From Podarcis pityusensis (lineage: Eukaryota): a DNA stretch of 64,000 bases. The translations under genes and the position numbers were made by a program. Position 1 is the first letter of the stretch, and the number at the start of each line of letters is the position of its first letter. The stretch lies in NCBI GenBank assembly GCA_964106645.2, contig OZ067041.1; one strand, written 5' to 3'. Of this stretch, positions 1-13,638 are shown piece after piece. The notes under the pieces are model-generated. The model worked only from the letters and a program-made list of their open reading frames with translations, was not told the origin of the DNA and did no database searches.

Positions 1-1850
1 AGCCCTCCATTTCCAGGGAGGCCTCACAAACAGCCATGCAACACGATCGGCACCGCAGCCTCCGGTGCTTTCGCCTGCTGGGCTTGCTTGTTAAAAATAA
101 ATGCTAGTGGTAGCGAGGGTGGGAGAGAGAAGGTGGGGAGGAGGTGGGTGGGTGCGTATATTCCTCCTCTTCCTTCCTCTCCGCGCAATGTTGCACTAGC
201 CAGTTAAATAGATCAAGCAGATTCTTTCCAGAGAGCCAGACTAACGTCGTTCTCGTGTGTGTGTGTGTGTACTACATCCGAAGGAGGTGGGGTGGGAGGA
301 AGAACGCTAGAGCCCTCCCTGACTCGAGCGTGGAGCGGAGGCCTCGTTTGCAGACAGGGGGAGTTCCCATTTCCGCGAGCAGCGCTGGCTGCGTTTAATC
401 CTTGTGTGTCCTTTCCCCCAAGCCGGGCTGATAAACGAGAATTACGCTGAAGCGACCTCCCTTTTCCTCGGCCCTGTTCAACTGTCGGGCCCTGAATCGC
501 GAGCAAGCAGCCGGGGCGTGCTTTCCTGGCAAAAGTTAACGAATGTTTCACAAGGGCTCCTCTGGCGTGCGCGGTGACTCTTCCTTAATGGATGAGCTGA
601 CTTTCGGGCAGAAAGCAAGGAGGCCACCAAGTCGAAGGAGCGAGCAGCACCCACCCCCCATCCACACCGCGTAGAAAATCAGCTTGTCCTCTTGAAGCGT
701 CTTCGTTTTCCTTATTTGCTAGGGAACCACAGTACTTTGCAGCTTAGGCAACACACACGGCTAAACTAAAATTCCTCATCACTTGAGAAACCTATGCACG
801 CGGTTCTTGCCTCGTGGTTACCTGTCAAAGATTAGAAAGCCAGGGCAGAAAAGCGGTGATAGCTGCGGCAGCAGCTCATTTCCTGGCCCTTCCGCTTGCA
901 TTTAAATTATGCACACACACCTGGCCCATTTCATCCGCTGCGGTGCTGTGAGGAGGGCAGGTAGGAGGAAGCCCGCGTGGAAGACGATCCTTTGGCTGCA
1001 TGAAATATAATTTCGTGATCTGCAAGACACTTTCCAGTATAATCTCATTATGCACCACAGGCTCCCGGTGTTATTTTGTAGGAGGCGGACAATGATCAAT
1101 TTACATTGACCTGGGGCTGGGCAAGCTTTTAGATGGTAATTGCCATATTGATTTGCATGAGAGGGAGAGAAGGGGGCGGGGAAGGGGAAGGCTGGCTAAA
1201 ATTAAACACCGGAAGCTAAATTAAACTAAATTTAATGTCTAGGCACAAACGTAAAAGACCTGCTAAACTCCCGGGTTCTTAGCTAGGCGTCTATTTTTAG
1301 AACTCTGGAACTTGGAGGAAGAGGGAGGTGGCTTGGGTCGCTTTGAACGTTATCCGGCTCTGCTCCAGACAGAGAGCGAGAGTGGGAATCCTGAGCGATC
1401 CCACCGTGGAAACCCGCGCCAGTCCCTTGGAAGAGTTCCGACCCTTGATGGAATTTCGGCCGTGTCCTCTCATACGTTATAAAGTAAAAAGAATATATTG
1501 GATCGCGAGTGAGTCTTGTCTTCCAGAAGGCAAGGACAAGGTTTTAATTTGATCATAAGGCAATTAGAGGAGAAAAATACAGAATCCGGCAGCAGTCGCT
1601 TCCCTGGAAACTGGCTGTGCGGAGAGTTGAGTGTAGTCAGCGAACCGTTAGGAAAGGGGGTGGGTGACTGTTCCGCTCTGCGGCACATCTCCTTAGAGGA
1701 AAGCATTCCGTGCACTTTGTATCGCCTTAATTTAGTAGCAGCAGGAGAGCTGGGCGGGGGAGGGGAGGCACCCCACTTCCTCCCAAAGTGCGCTGCAGCC
1801 GCTCTCTGGAACACGCGTGCAAAAGAAGCCACGAAACAGCGTTGACCATT
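1..1850. promoter_or_regulatory. CpG-rich upstream regulatory segment (boundaries approximate)
   Basis: Frequent CpGs relative to flanking DNA; octamer ATTTGCAT at 1151-1158; no credible ORF. Confidence 0.5.
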
Positions 1851-3138
1851 TATATTGGGGACACTTCTCTTCGCAAATGTGCTCTGTGCAGTTGGATCCT
1901 ATGCAAGCTTGTTCATTGGTGTGTGTGTGTGTGTGTGGGTTCATTCAAATAAGTATGGATAGGATTGCAGCTTTGACCTGCTTTACTTAGTGTCTAAAGC
2001 TACAGTCCCGTGCACGTTTTTCTGGGAGTAAGCTTTAATTAAGGCGATGAGACTAGCTTCTCAGTTACCTTGCAATTTAAGCACATTTAACTTGTGGGCA
2101 TTAAGATTAGCCAAAAATTTGAGGTGGGTGTGTGGGAATTAAAAGGGGGTGGAAAGAGTGCCTGTGTCTGGACAGAAAGACTTTGGCGATCCCATCCACC
2201 ATTGCACCCTATATGTTTTGACTATATGCGATGTTAGCTTTAGGCGGGATCCTTGAGCGTAATGCCTGACTACCGTAAACTGAGACAAACAAAAACACAA
2301 CAAAAAACCTGGCCACTCCTCTAACACCTAAATCCGAAACAAATTAGTTGGAAGGAAGGCCTGCTAAAATAACTGGGGCTTCCATCCAAGTCTTTAGGGC
2401 TGATGTCTTAAACCTCAGTGCTTTCATTTGTGTGCTGTTGTTGTTTAACTTGAAAGCATTCTGCTATTAGTCAGTCTACGGCAGCACGGAAAGATCCTGT
2501 TTTACTCAGAAGCTAGGCCCACTTTGCTCAGTTAAGCCTTCTCCTTAAAGAAGTGCGCAAAGGACTGCAACTTCAGATTCCTAAAAATGCACGAACTGGG
2601 ATACTTGTCAGACTTCAGGAACAGAATACTCTGCTGCTATTTCTTTTGTTTAAGAAGGGAGAGCATGCCGACTTAATGTTTGTATTGAAGGGTACAGCTC
2701 TAGCGATCAGGAATAAAATCAGTTTCCCACATCTGAACAAAATTGCAGTTGTGGCTGCCCTTAGGATGGGAGGCTCTTGAAAAGTGAAGGAAAGTGAATT
2801 GGTAGAGTTCAGGCTATATTTACTTTGTGCTTGTTTTGGTGGGGGGGGGGGGAGCAGTAAGCGGATGTTGTCTATTTTTGCACTGCAAGGTTGTGCTTTC
2901 CATCAAGGAAGTGAATTGTAGGCTTAGATGAAGACAATCTTGCTTAGGCTTTTCAGAAGACTTCAGTGGTGTTATTAAATGCAGGAGGGGGTGCAGGCTT
3001 AGAGAAGCAAACTTGCTTGCTTGGAAGTAGGTCATATCCGCCATCCTATGCACACTTCCTTGGAAGTAGTTTCCATTAAAATCCTTGGGGCTTTCTTCAG
3101 AGTAAATATTTAGGATGGATTGAAACTACCCAAGCATT

Positions 3139-3170
3139 AAACAAACAAACAAACAAACAAACAAACAAAC
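3139..3170. repeat. (AAAC)8 microsatellite
   Basis: Direct reading. Confidence 0.95.
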
Positions 3171-3859
3171 ACAGGGTAGCTTATAATAATTCCCTGCATA
3201 AATTAAACCAGGGATATCTAAGCCACATTAAACCCACATTCATAGAAAGTGAGATTTGGAGCCCAGATTATTGACAGGGATTGACAGATTCCTGGGGGCT
3301 TGTGATGGCCCTATTTGATGGGGCACTATATTTGGGGCTGTGCTGGTTTCAATTCTGATGTCTGTATATATAGATCTGAGCATGCACAGCCTATAATAAG
3401 ACCTTAAGAAGTGCAGTGCTGGACCAGACTGGGGGTGGGGGGAGATGCGTTTAGTCCGGCATTCTCTTTCAACAGTAGCCAGACTGATGCCTCTGGGAAA
3501 TCTACAAGCAGGGCGGGAAGGCAACACAGCTGTCCCCAGACTCTGGTATTTATGTAATAATAATAATTTTTTAATGTATGTGGCCTGCTCGTCATTGACA
3601 AACAAACCCAGTGTGAGATACAATTAATAATATATAAAAATTGCAGTATTCCATAAGACAAAAAGGGGAGCAGATAATAAATCAACACAACCAGCAGCTC
3701 TGCACAAATGATGGCATAGAAGGAGTCTTACTGGCACTAATACCCACAAATGCCTGGGTGAAAAAGTAGGTCTCCAGCTGGCAGCAGAAAATATTCTGGT
3801 ACATTGGCCTTTGAAAATGGGGGTTCCATTTAGCTATCATGTGATGGAGCTGTGATATC

Positions 3860-5260
3860 ATCTTTATGCATTTATTTAACACATTAAAAGCCATCCTATT
3901 TAGTGGCATTACCACATCCTGTGACAGTGAGTTCCATAAATTTACTTTTGTACAGTATTTACTTTTGTCAGGTCTGAATTGACTTCTGATTCATTTCATT
4001 GGGCAATCTTAAATTCTAGTATTTTGAGAGTGGAGAAACTTTTTTAAAAAAAAACATACACCCTCTTCAAACTATTCACAACTTTAAAAGTCTTTATCCT
4101 GGTAAGGAATTTGTCCCCCTTCTGTGTACCTTTTCCAATTCTATAGTTTCCTTATTTAGAGGGGGCAATAGAATTGCATGCAGTGCTCCAAAGGTGGCCA
4201 CACCACAAATATCCATAAAGGCTGAAAGGCTTATACTTCTAGCCCTGTTTGTTCGGCACGCTTGCATGTAAACAGTGATGTAGAGGCTGGTGTGTCACCT
4301 CAGCCTATTCACAGCCCGCAACAAACTTGAAGGCAAAAGTCTGAAGCAGAGAGCCTCACCTATCTACTCATGGAGGCTTTATGTACAGCTCAGAACCCTG
4401 CCGTTTCTACGTCATGCTGGGAGCCTTCTTGCATGGAGGAGGGTTCCCTGCTTTAGACTTTTCCCCTCAAGTCCATGGAGGGCTGCAAAAAGGATAAAGG
4501 TGATGTACTGGAGAGGGCAAAGACCTGCAAGCCTGTCTCTGTTCCTCCTTGTATGATTGTCCAGATATGACTGCAGTGAATACCTAGAGTGGCAAGTTGA
4601 CTTTGCCTCTTTCAATACAGTGGTACCTCGGGTTACAGACGCTTCAGGGTACAGACTCCCCTAACCCAGAAATAGTACCATGGGTTAAGAACTTTGCTTC
4701 AGGATGAGAACAGAAATTGCGCCGCTGCGGCACAGAGGGAGGTCCCTATAGCTAAAGTGGTACCTCAGGTTAAGAACAGTTTCAGGTTAAGAACAAACCT
4801 CCAGAACAAATTAAGTTCTTAAGTACCACTGTGCTTCTGCACACTGACTGAGTTGGGTCGGTCTGTCCCTCCCACATTGATTTGTCTGCCATGATCCCTG
4901 GATCTTTCCTGGTTGGTCACTGCTAGGTCAGCTCCCATCATACGAAGTTAGGATTTTGTGCCCCAGTGTGCATCACTTTGCACTTAGATAGAATCTTGTT
5001 GGCCATCTTGTCAGCCAATTGCCCATCTTGGAGTTCTTCATAGTTTACTTGGGATTTTACCAATCAGAAGGATTTGGATGTTATCCATAAACCTGGCTAC
5101 CTCGTTACTTGTCCTGGATTTCAGATTCTCTGTGGGGGTGGGGGACAGGTCTCAAGTCTGATCCTACCCCACTGCTTATTTCTCTCAATTGTAGGAAATT
5201 GTTCCTTTATTTGTACCCTCTGCTACTCATACTTTAATCAGTTACCAATCCTTAAGAAGA
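3860..5260 (-). mobile_element. Old, fragmented CR1-like LINE remnant, interrupted by younger insertions
   Basis: Degenerate segments (e.g. 4140-4220, 4860-5260) resemble the reverse complement of CR1 ORF2/3' sequence; recognised by pattern only. Confidence 0.4.
4618..4831. mobile_element. Tc1/mariner-type MITE, copy 1
   Basis: TA|CAGTGGTACCTC...GTACCACTG termini; internal sequence near-identical to copies at 13278 and 38919. Confidence 0.9.
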
Positions 5261-5267
5261 CTTGTCT

Positions 5268-5274
<7 letters not shown>

Positions 5275-5313
<39 letters not shown>

Positions 5314-6243
5314 GCCCCTACCATCTGGCTGGGTTTCCCCAGCCACTCTGGGCGGTTTACAACATATCTAAAAACATAATAAAAACATCCTTAAAAACTT
5401 CCCTAAACAGGGCTGCCTTCAGATGTATTCTAAAAGTCAGATAGTTGTTTGTTTCACTGACATCTGAAGGGAAGGTGTTCCATAGGGAGGGAACCACTAC
5501 TGAGGGCCCCATTACTGAGAAGGCGCTCTGCCTGGTTCCCTGTAATTTTGCTACTTGCAGTGAGGGAACCAGCAGAAGACCCTCAGAGGAGGACTTCAGT
5601 GTCCGGGCTGAGCGATGGGGGCAGAGATGCTCCTTCAGGTATACCGGGCCAAGGCCGTTTAGGGCTTTAAAGGTCTGCACCAACACTTTGAATTGTGCTC
5701 AGAAATGTACTGGGAGCCAGTAAAGATCCTTTAGGTGTTATATGGTCCCGGTGTCCACTCCCAGTCACCAGTCTAGCTGCCACATTCTGGATTAGTTGTA
5801 GTTTCTGGGTCACCACGTAGAGTGCATTGCAATAGTCCAAGCAGGAGATAACTAGAGCATGCACCACTCTAGTGAGACAGTCTGCAGGCAGGTAGGGTCT
5901 CAGCCTGCGTACCAGATGGAGCTGATAAACAGCTGCCCTGGACACAGAATTGACCTGTGCCTCCATGGACAGCTGTGAGTCCAAAATGACTCCCAGGCTG
6001 CACACCTGTTCTTTCAGAGGCACAGTTACCCTGTTCAGGACCAGGGAGTCCCCCACACCCACCTGCCCCCTGTGCCCCAATAACTTCTGTCTTGTCAGGA
6101 TTCAGCCTCAATCTGTTAGCCGCCATCCACCCGCCAACCGCCTCCAGACACTCACACAAGACCTTCACTGCCCTCACTGGTTCTGATTTGAAGGAGAGGT
6201 AGAGCTGGGTATCATCTGCATACTGGTGGACACCCAGCCCAAA
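5275..6243 (-). mobile_element. 5'-truncated L2 LINE (RT C-terminus, 3' UTR, (TTA)n tail)
   Basis: Minus-strand frames WMAANRLRLNPDKTEV, LGVILDSQLSMEAQV, HALVISCLDYCNALY, LQLIQNVAARLVTG are typical of L2 ORF2; frameshifted; (AAT)12 at 5275-5310 is the tail. Confidence 0.9.
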
Positions 6244-8002
6244 GCCTTATAAAGCCGTATATTATTTTAATAAATGTTAGTTGTTATATGCACTTAGAAT
6301 TTTGCTTCTCAATTGCTGTGCTGGCTTCTTTTACCCAGCACATTGGTTTTGCCATAACTTGTGTGTTTTTAATTCCCACCACCTAATTAGGACAAGACTT
6401 TCATTTTGGAATAGGGGAACCTTCTTACCTTTTTATACCTTTGTTTACACTGCTCTTTAACCATGCTGGCATCTTCCATAATGTGAACTTTAACCTGTAG
6501 ATCAGGATTCAGTTATCAGGGTGTGCACTGTGGCAACAGAGCTTAACGCATGTACTTCTAGGTACACTGAGTTCAAAGCAATCAATCAATGAATCAAGTG
6601 ATTCTGGATTTAATGTGGCTTGGGCAACATGGTAATGGCTGCAATATGATGAATACTATACTTACTTTGGAGTAAGTGCCAGTGAACTCATTGAGGCTCA
6701 CTTATGAATACACATGCAGTTTCAGGTTACCCATTTGCACATTATAATTGGCATAGGCAAATTCTTATCACGAGGATGACTGGCTTCCTTGAAGGAAACC
6801 CCAAACCCAAAATAAGATGTGTGGTTGCAATCCATGAGCTATGTTTGCTCAGTAGTTCTATGCCACCTCTGCAAGGCCTTTCCTGACATAGTGATAGATT
6901 GGAGAGTGTGCATAATTTTGAGTGCCTACAGCATTTTCAAAAGGAGCAAGTAGCTGGGGGAGGCCAAAAGAAAGCAATTAAGCGAATTCCGGGTTTGCTA
7001 AATAAGTACAACATTAAAGAGAAGGGGAGCACTTGGGAAAAAATATATATGGGGGTGGTGAAAAAGGCGTATTTGGCAATAATCCTATTCACTTTCTGAA
7101 GAGTAAGTATTTTGCTTACTTTCTAGTAGACATGCATAAGGACTCTACTCTGGTTTAACAAAAAAATAAGCAAAGGGTTTGGTGGTGCTTTCAGGCTGAT
7201 ATGTTTGTTGTGGTATCCGCTATCTGGGGTAGGCCAGGAGAGAGTTCTTTTGTCCCCTGTGCTCTGAACAAGCTGAGATGTTACTTGAACCATGGGTTGT
7301 TAGTTTCAGGAACCCTTTACAAGCAGAAGCCAAGCAGAGTTGTAAAAAAGAGAGAGAGGAGTGGCTGAACGCCCCCTCCCCCCAGTTAAGGAACCTCAGA
7401 GCAGGAAGTGACTGGTGCGCCTTCCTCCCCACTGAGTCTCGGTTCCTGTCATCTCCCTTTCCTCCGGGCTGCTTCTTGGCCGGGCGGGTTGTGTAAACCA
7501 CACTCGCAGTTGGTCTTGCACAAGAAGCTGCAGTTCCCCATCAAGAATCCTTCCTGATCATTGATTGGAGAGGAGGAGGAGATGGGGTGGCCCGGGTGGA
7601 CAGTGGCCTTCCTGAGAGCATTGTTTCTCGCCACAAGGTTGCTGTTTGGGCGCGTTCCACCTGACCCATGCCTGGGCTCCCATTCTAGACAGAGCTTAAA
7701 CTATTACGCCGATCAGGTTGCATTGTTTTAGTGGAACTAACCGGATCCGTGAAACCAAGTGGTTCGGCTAATCTGGTCTCGGGTCGAAACGAAGCGAACC
7801 GTAAATATGTTTCCAGTGGCTTCGTATACCTGACCAAAGAGCCCGATCCTACAAACAGTTGAGCGCGCCTAAATCCTGCAGGGGGTCCTCGGGCTGTGAC
7901 GCAGCCCTCCTAATAATGGCCAGGAAGCCGGTACCATCGGCTGAGCATCCTTGCTTACTGCTGAGTAACGATGATCTGGGTGCGGAAGCAAACATCCAAA
8001 GG

Positions 8003-8092
8003 TCCGCTCTCAGGCACATTTCCTTGGAGGTAAGCCCCACTAAGTTCAGTGGGACTTCTTCCCAAGGAAGTCTACCCAAGAGGGCTGCAGCC
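8003..8092. repeat. ~88 bp palindromic squamate interspersed repeat (MITE-like)
   Basis: GTAAGCCCCACTAAGTTCAGTGGGACTT core and CTGCAGCC end; same family as 34083-34170. Confidence 0.7.
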
Positions 8093-10249
8093 TTACGCGC
8101 CGGAGATTCCTTGTAGGTGTAATCAAGAGCATAAAGAATACGGGTGGGAGGAGGAGACGGCTTGCGAGCTTGGAACAACGGCTTCGCCCCGGTGGATGCG
8201 ACGCGAGGCTGCCCTGCGTGGATGTTTCGAGGCTGTTTTGCTTTGGCAAGAACGGAGAGTCCCCGACCTGATTTCCCCGCCCTCCCGCCTCATCTCCTTT
8301 TCAATCAGGAATATTGGATCTCGTCTCTATATACAAATTGCTGGTATGAAAGGGAAGGCGGATGGGGGCGTGGGGGGAGCCCAGCCCGTGTAGATGGAGG
8401 CAGGCATAAACTTGTGAGATCAGGTTTCCTGCTGAGTTCCCGAAGGAGAAGTCAGCATTTGATTGAAGCTACACTTGGTTCTTGGTTCCCAGGGGGACAA
8501 CAGCCCTGAAATACGAGAGCGCTCTCGCTCCCTCCTCTCCCTCCCCCGCCCCCTCCCGTCTTCCTCTCTAAAAGCCTTTGTGCTGAAAGAGCCTCGGTAG
8601 GCACGAAGCGCTGCTCTCTCGCAAGAATGTGTTGCAGCCTTTGCTGACATTATTTTGTTAGCAATGGTTTTCTCTTTCTCCCTCCTCTCTCCACCCGCCC
8701 CCCCCACTTTGTACAGCGGCAAGCAAATAAATTGCCAGCTCGGCTGAGGCACGGGTTGTAACTGACCACAGCAGGGCTACAAAGACGCGGATGCTTGGAA
8801 TCGCTCGCCCGGGAGAATTTGGCTCGGAAGTTGGGTGCTGCGGAGGCAGCGGCTCGTCTGTCGGAGACACAGGAGCTGCGCTAGCGAAACCTTTTAACCT
8901 TTAGTAGCTAGAGCTGGAGTCTGCGGCTCCCGCTGTCTGGAGCACAGGCAGAGCCCCAGATCCAAAGACCCGCGCAGGCCGATCCTATGCCTTCTCCCTC
9001 GGAAGTAAGTTCCCTCGAGCTTACTTGTTTGCCTTGGTTGGGGTGAGATGTCGCCTGGGGTTTCGGCTTGCAGTGGAGCAAGTTCCCTGCTTTTCTGTGG
9101 CGGCGAAGGCACAAACAATCCTTTGCCGCGGCGGCAGCCCAATCCAATACGTGGTTACTCGGAAGTAAGTTAAATGGGACTTATTTCCAGAGAAGTATTG
9201 CGGTCTACGTTTGCGACCCCACGCGCAGTTAACGTGGGGGAAAGGCCCATTTAAGGACTCTTGTGCCTTTTGCTTCCGGCGGGTAATCTTGCATCGGGTT
9301 AGGCTGTTACAGTTTCTAAGGTGAAGCAAGACGCTTAGGCTGCCATCTCTGACACACTTTAGGAGTAAGACCCAATGGTTTAATAAAATTTAGGAGTTGG
9401 CAAGTAAGGAAATGCACCGCCAATTTCCTCCCTTCACACCCGCTTTAGTTTCCCTGCGCCTCTTTGGTATCCTAGTTTTTCAACTGTATTTTCGAGAGTT
9501 TTTTTTAAAAAATATTTTTTATAAAAACAGTAGTAATAAAAAAGGGGCAAAATGGAAAACAAAAAGAAACGGTCTTAAGTGGTTGCTTATGACACAGGCC
9601 TGTTTGTCAGTTGCCAGGGGTCTACGGAGGTACAACCACGAGATTTACTCCCTTTGCAAAGTTAACTGCATTTGCACACTGGAGCCAGCCAGCCTTCTTG
9701 ACTTGAGCAGGGCCGGCTGCCATGTAAATGTGTTTAGGGTCAAGAGTTAATTTTCGCGGCTGTTGGTGCCTCCCAAAGCTGCACTCTTGGAGACCGCAGC
9801 TGAGACTCGGCCTGCACAGCTCCAGCCACCTGGTCTCCCCGTCATAATCGAGATGAATTGCACTGAACCTAAAGGCCAGCTACTCGAGAGGAGGAAAGCC
9901 GCAGGCTGGACCGGGGTCTCTTTCCCAAGTAAAAGGCTGTGTGTTTGTTCCGCGGTGACGGTCGCCTGGGCTTTGAACAAGTGGTTGGTGGCAAATTGCC
10001 CGCTGGCCCAGAGAGACCAAAGCAGCTTCCTTCTCAGCTATTTGCCCAAAAGATCAGGACACCTAAGCAGCTGTTCCTCCGGCTGCTGAGGACTTTGGCA
10101 TACAAGAGCTGTATTTTACGCAGCAGGGTTTTTTATTTTTAAGGATAGGCAAATAGTTCAATTGCTCAATGAGTACATATAGGGTGCCTAGGAGGACACG
10201 TGTGTGTGTGTGAGAGAGAGAGGGGCACTCGCTGGGATCACCGTCGGGC

Positions 10250-10350
10250 AGGGACTACAGCTCCCATAATCCCTAGCCGCTGGATACAATGACTAGGGGT
10301 TGATGGGAATTGTAGTCCAAGAAAATATGGCAGGCCTCACTGAGGTTGCT
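10250..10350. mobile_element. Palindromic non-autonomous DNA element fragment
   Basis: Inverted arms GGACTACAGCTCCCAT / ATGGGAATTGTAGTCC; partial relative at ~57610-57690. Confidence 0.65.
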
Positions 10351-10731
10351 CCTGTCATGCGGCATAAGATCTTCCATTTCCGTTTTTCGCTCCGGGCTTG
10401 GCCAAAACCATAGCGGAGTATCAGCAGCAGCAAGGACGTCCGGGAGCAATATCCAGTGGGTCTAGGTCGCTCTAGCAGGGGGAATATTATATGCACTTGC
10501 CTTGAGAGCAAACCCTAACTGAACACAGGGATTTAGGACCGAGTCAACTTGGATATTGTCGAGCGGTTAGAGGGTGTGGGACGTGGGAATAAGAGCTGAG
10601 CGAGGCCCCTTTCATCTGAACTGGGACAAGCCAGAAGGTGGTACCCAGGCAAGGTCATGGGTAGCCATGAGCTGCGCCTACACTAATGTGGACGCCCTGC
10701 TTCCTACCTTCATATGGGAGAGCTACATAGT

Positions 10732-10797
10732 CCTGCATTGGGGGTTGGACTAGATGACCCTCAGGGTCCCTTCCAACTCTACACTTCTATGGTTCTA
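10732..10797 (+). mobile_element. CR1-type 3' tail fragment
   Basis: GGTTGGACTAGATGACCCTCAGGGTCCCTTCCAACTCT...TTCTATGGTTCTA; similar pieces at ~12592-12660 and in the SINE at 17160. Confidence 0.75.
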
Positions 10798-13249
10798 CCC
10801 CTTTCTTCGCCCCGACAATCACCGACCCAGTAACCCCTATCTCTTCTACCGGGTGGAAGTTTCCCAGCATCAGAATAACCCCCCGGGCGCTTTTTCTGGC
10901 AGCTCGTTCTTTCTCCAGACAGCTACGACTCGAGTATTTGGGCCTCAGCTGGTGCGGGGAACAGAAAACCGACCTGCAAGTGCTCGCTTCAGGTAGCGGG
11001 CGCCGGGTGCGGCAGGCGCTGGAAAAAAGAGGATTTCAAACCACCACCCCTCCCTCCGCGTCCCTCTCGCTTGAGTGACACGGCGTCTCTTCGTGTCACT
11101 CAATGCAAATAATCGGACCCACGTCACTGTCCGGGGCCTGTAGCGTCTGGGGAGCTGATGAGAAGCGCTTGGGGGGGGGGGCGGCGACGGGGTGCGTCTC
11201 TTAAGGACCACGAGGGAAAGAAACTGTTAAAAGCAGGACGGCAAGAAAGCAACAGTCTCTGCTCTCTGCTCGGCGCCCCCCCCCCCCCCACCGACGCCCG
11301 CGCTTGCAAATGCAGCCAGCTGAGGAATTTCTCCTGCGGAACGAGAGGCATTAAAGCTTCTAAGAGCCACAATGAGCGAGACCCGGGCAAAGGCACGGGC
11401 GGGCGGGGGGCGCACTAAGCTACTGCAGCTGGACTGGAGGCAAGCAGAAGAGGACTCCAGCTCTGACCTGGCCCTTCGGGGAGAGGGCGACTTGGGGAGG
11501 AAATGAGAGAGAGAGAGAGACGCGTCAAAAAAGAGCAAAAAGAGGACGGGGGTGGCGCGCGGGGAGGCGGAGGAAAGCTTACTTTTTAAAAGACCCCATT
11601 TATTGCCCAAGGAGAGTTCGCGAGAGTGAGGGACCGGCTGATACAAATAGTTCCCTGGCCTGGGGGGAGGCGGGGGAGGGGAGAGGGGGGCTCCTTGTTT
11701 CGAGTAAACCAGCTGCAGGAGTGATGCTAGAGCAAGGAAGGGCAGACACAATGCTGCTGTTGTTGGTTTGATCTCTAACTGTGGATTGTTAGTCTGGATT
11801 TAACTATGTGGTGTGGGGAGGGAGGGAGAAAGGCGGAGGGGGGGGGGGCCCGAAGGCTGTTTACAGCTAGTGCAAATAATGTGACAGCTGTTGGAGCGCG
11901 AGCAGCCAGCGCCTCTTCGGCTTTTACACAAAGCTCTCTCTATGGCGAGGGAGAGAGAACTAAAGGGGGCGGCGCGGCGACAGGGGACAACGGTTTCGCC
12001 CCGGGCCCTAGTAAAGAAAGTAGCGAGCATGCCCGAGGGAAAAACAAAACAAATATTAAACACAAGAAATCCACCCCAGCATCATCTTCCTCGTCGGTTT
12101 CCTGGGATGGAGTTTTGAGGCCCGCCCTCCCCCTTTCTCCCCTCCCCCTTTGAATAGCTTGCGGCGCAGTCCCCAACCAAGCCTGTTTGTAAATTCCAGT
12201 CTTGCGGGGTGCAATGGCCCTTACTCCTTTGTAAGTGTGTCTGGTGGTTTTACCGTAACCACAAAACTGAGCTGAAAGAATAACACCTCCCAGTGCTACT
12301 GGGAGGAATGAGCTTTTTGGGGCCAGTTAGAGGAGGGGGGACACGACCCTCACCTGCAACATTCATTTAGCACGCGTGTCCCCAACTGCATACTATTCCT
12401 CTGAAAGTAGGAAAAGGATGTATGCGCCCCCGCGAGGATGTTACAGAGTTCCTTGTAAGCAGCTTAGCTGAGGGTTGATTCACACATGCACACACACTTC
12501 TGCCTATCTCATGCCTCCGATAAAATGTGTGAACCTGCGCCTTTGAAAAGCCTCCATCGTGGAACCCCAAGGAAGTGCTGTGTGTCCTCTTCCTGCATTG
12601 CAGGGGGTTGGACTACACGGCTCTTGGGGTACCTTCCAATTCTAAAATTCTATGGTTCTAATTGTGATGGCTGTCAACACTTGATACTGAGGTCATGTAG
12701 TTGAGAACACACACCTGTGAATTCACTCTTTTGAAAGATTTATTCACCTAAAAACAAACAACTGGCCTGCTCTTAGGCCAGACCAGATATTTGTTTCCCA
12801 AATCCCACCCGCACTGTGGACCTCTTGAAAATTGTTGATGGTCTTTACAGACCATTTAATGATATTCTGCCTTTTGTAGCCATTGTATTGTGCCATGCTA
12901 GGAGCTGTATGATGTTTAATTGCCTTTTAATTGCTTCTTTTATTTCTTATACTGTATTTTATTATATTACAACTCACATTCCATAGAACTCAGATTGTAA
13001 TACAATAAATTACGACATAAGAAATAAAAGAAGCAATAAAAAATATCAGTAAAAATCATTATGAATATTTAATGTGGGCATGCTGCAGCTCACCTGAATG
13101 AAACCTGCAGACCACACTTTGGGAACCCCTGGGCTAGATAATCCTGCATGGAGTACACAGTGTCCTGGAACATCTACCTGAAGCCAGGGAGGAACACTGT
13201 TCTTTAGGAAGTAAGGATTGCAGTCTCTTCCTGGTGTGGATGGCAGAAG

Positions 13250-13638
13250 CACATGGGAAGCTACCTTATACTGAATACAGTGGTACCTTGGATTACATAC
13301 GCTTCAGGTTACAGACTCCGCTAACCCAGAAATATTACCTTGGGTTAATGAACTTTGCTTCAGGATGAGAACAGAAATCATGCTGCGGCGGCGCGGCAGC
13401 AGCAGGAGGCCCCATTAGCTAAAGTGGTGCTTCAGGTTAAGAACAGTTTCAGGTTAAGAACGGACCAAATTAAGTACGTAACCAGAGATAGCACTGTATG
13501 GCCATTGGGTAAATCTAGATCTGCACTGGCTACAGAGATTTGCAGCTGCTCTCTTTCAGTCAGGGATCTCCCAGTCCTACCTGGACATACCTGGGTATGC
13601 AAAGCATACATCTCATCACTAAACTATGGCCCTTCCCC
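13250..13638 (-). mobile_element. tRNA-derived SINE (Squam3-like) split by a nested MITE
   Basis: Flanks 13250-13277 and 13497-13638 join into the reverse complement of the SINE at 19766-19942. Confidence 0.7.
13278..13496. mobile_element. Tc1/mariner-type MITE, copy 2
   Basis: TA target duplication on both sides; CAGTGGTACC...GCACTG termini. Confidence 0.9.

Larger units (their letters stand above)
7350..12200 (+). promoter_or_regulatory. CpG island; candidate BCOR promoter and non-coding first exon(s)
   Basis: High GC/CpG; GC boxes; ETS motifs CGGAAGT (8825, 9000, 9160); octamer 11103-11110; ~19-23 kb upstream of the first coding exon, consistent with BCOR's non-coding first exons. Exon limits cannot be determined. 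Confidence 0.65.

Noticed and set aside
12225-12240. GTAAGT at 12231 as the donor of the main first exon
   Set aside because: The exonic side (TTT) is poor and the context matches a degenerate copy of the palindromic repeat.
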